A stretch of DNA of 64,000 nucleotides from Mobula birostris. Taxonomy: Eukaryota. The position numbers were made by a program, and so were the translations under genes. The stretch is taken from positions 20,871,309 through 20,935,308 of the forward strand of contig NC_092379.1 in NCBI RefSeq assembly GCF_030028105.1, read 5' to 3'. This document shows, piece by piece, positions 63,640 through 64,000 of the stretch. A model generated the notes under the pieces. That model saw nothing but the letters and a program-made list of their open reading frames with translations. It did not search any database and was not told the DNA's origin. The first letter of the stretch is position 1, and each line of letters begins with the position of its first letter.

Positions 63640-63931
63640 CCAGGGCACCACTGCTCAATACAAGAGGACATGGCTTTAAGGTAAGGGGTGGGAAGTTCAA
63701 GGGGGATATTAGAGGAAGGTTTTTTACTCAGAGAGTGGTTGGTGCGTGGAATGTACTGCCTGAGTCAGTGGTGGAGGCAAATACACGAGTGAAGTTTAAG
63801 AGACTACTAGGGAGGTATATGGAGGAATTTAAGGTGGAGGCTTATATGGGAGGCAGGGTTTGAGGGTTGGCACAACATTGTGGGCCGAAGGGCCTGTACT
63901 GTGCTGTACTGTTCTATGTTCTATGTTCTAT
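63640..63931 (+). mobile_element. Short CR1 3' end inserted in copy 2 only
   Basis: TRGHGFKVRGGKF..FFTQRVVGAWN and a (ttctatg)n tail; the equivalent site in copy 1 (about 48290) is empty. Confidence 0.88.
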
Positions 63932-64000
63932 ATTTCAATCTCTACACTTTAAACCTCCCTGCCGTTCTATTTCCTGTGGAGTCTGCTTTTCATTTGCTGG

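Larger units (their letters stand above)
61473..64000. repeat. Direct segmental duplication, copy 2 (runs off the window end)
   Basis: Aligns with 46088-48357 apart from two deletions and two extra blocks. Confidence 0.95.

Overview
This is eukaryotic genomic DNA from a cartilaginous fish, probably a batoid; that assignment is inferred from the Ig exon type and repeat families. Most of the window is retroelements: many CR1 LINE fragments, Rex1-type and Nimb/I-type LINEs, one full-length L1, Penelope-like elements with hammerhead-ribozyme cores, and three Gypsy-superfamily elements. The non-repeat scaffold is the 3' end of a minus-strand immunoglobulin heavy-chain cluster of the IgW/IgNAR type. 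It has two C-domain exons (47716-47415 and 47331-47007; frameshifted, one stop), an intact TM1 exon (45033-44891) and a probable TM2/poly(A) exon 22.8 kb further on (22102-21960). A second, differently damaged copy of the same two C exons lies at 63062-62572. No V, D, J, RSS or first C exon is recognisable. Structurally, the region downstream of TM2 is duplicated in inverted orientation at the window start (1-1538 vs 19428-20944). One sushi-like LTR insertion is split into a minus-strand 5' half (36550-37959) and a plus-strand 3' half (5390-8921); their flanks give a 4/5-matching TSD and rejoin an in-frame CR1 ORF1. Two different LTR elements show self-priming-type primer-binding sites. All alignments and identities were judged by eye; no database searches were run.
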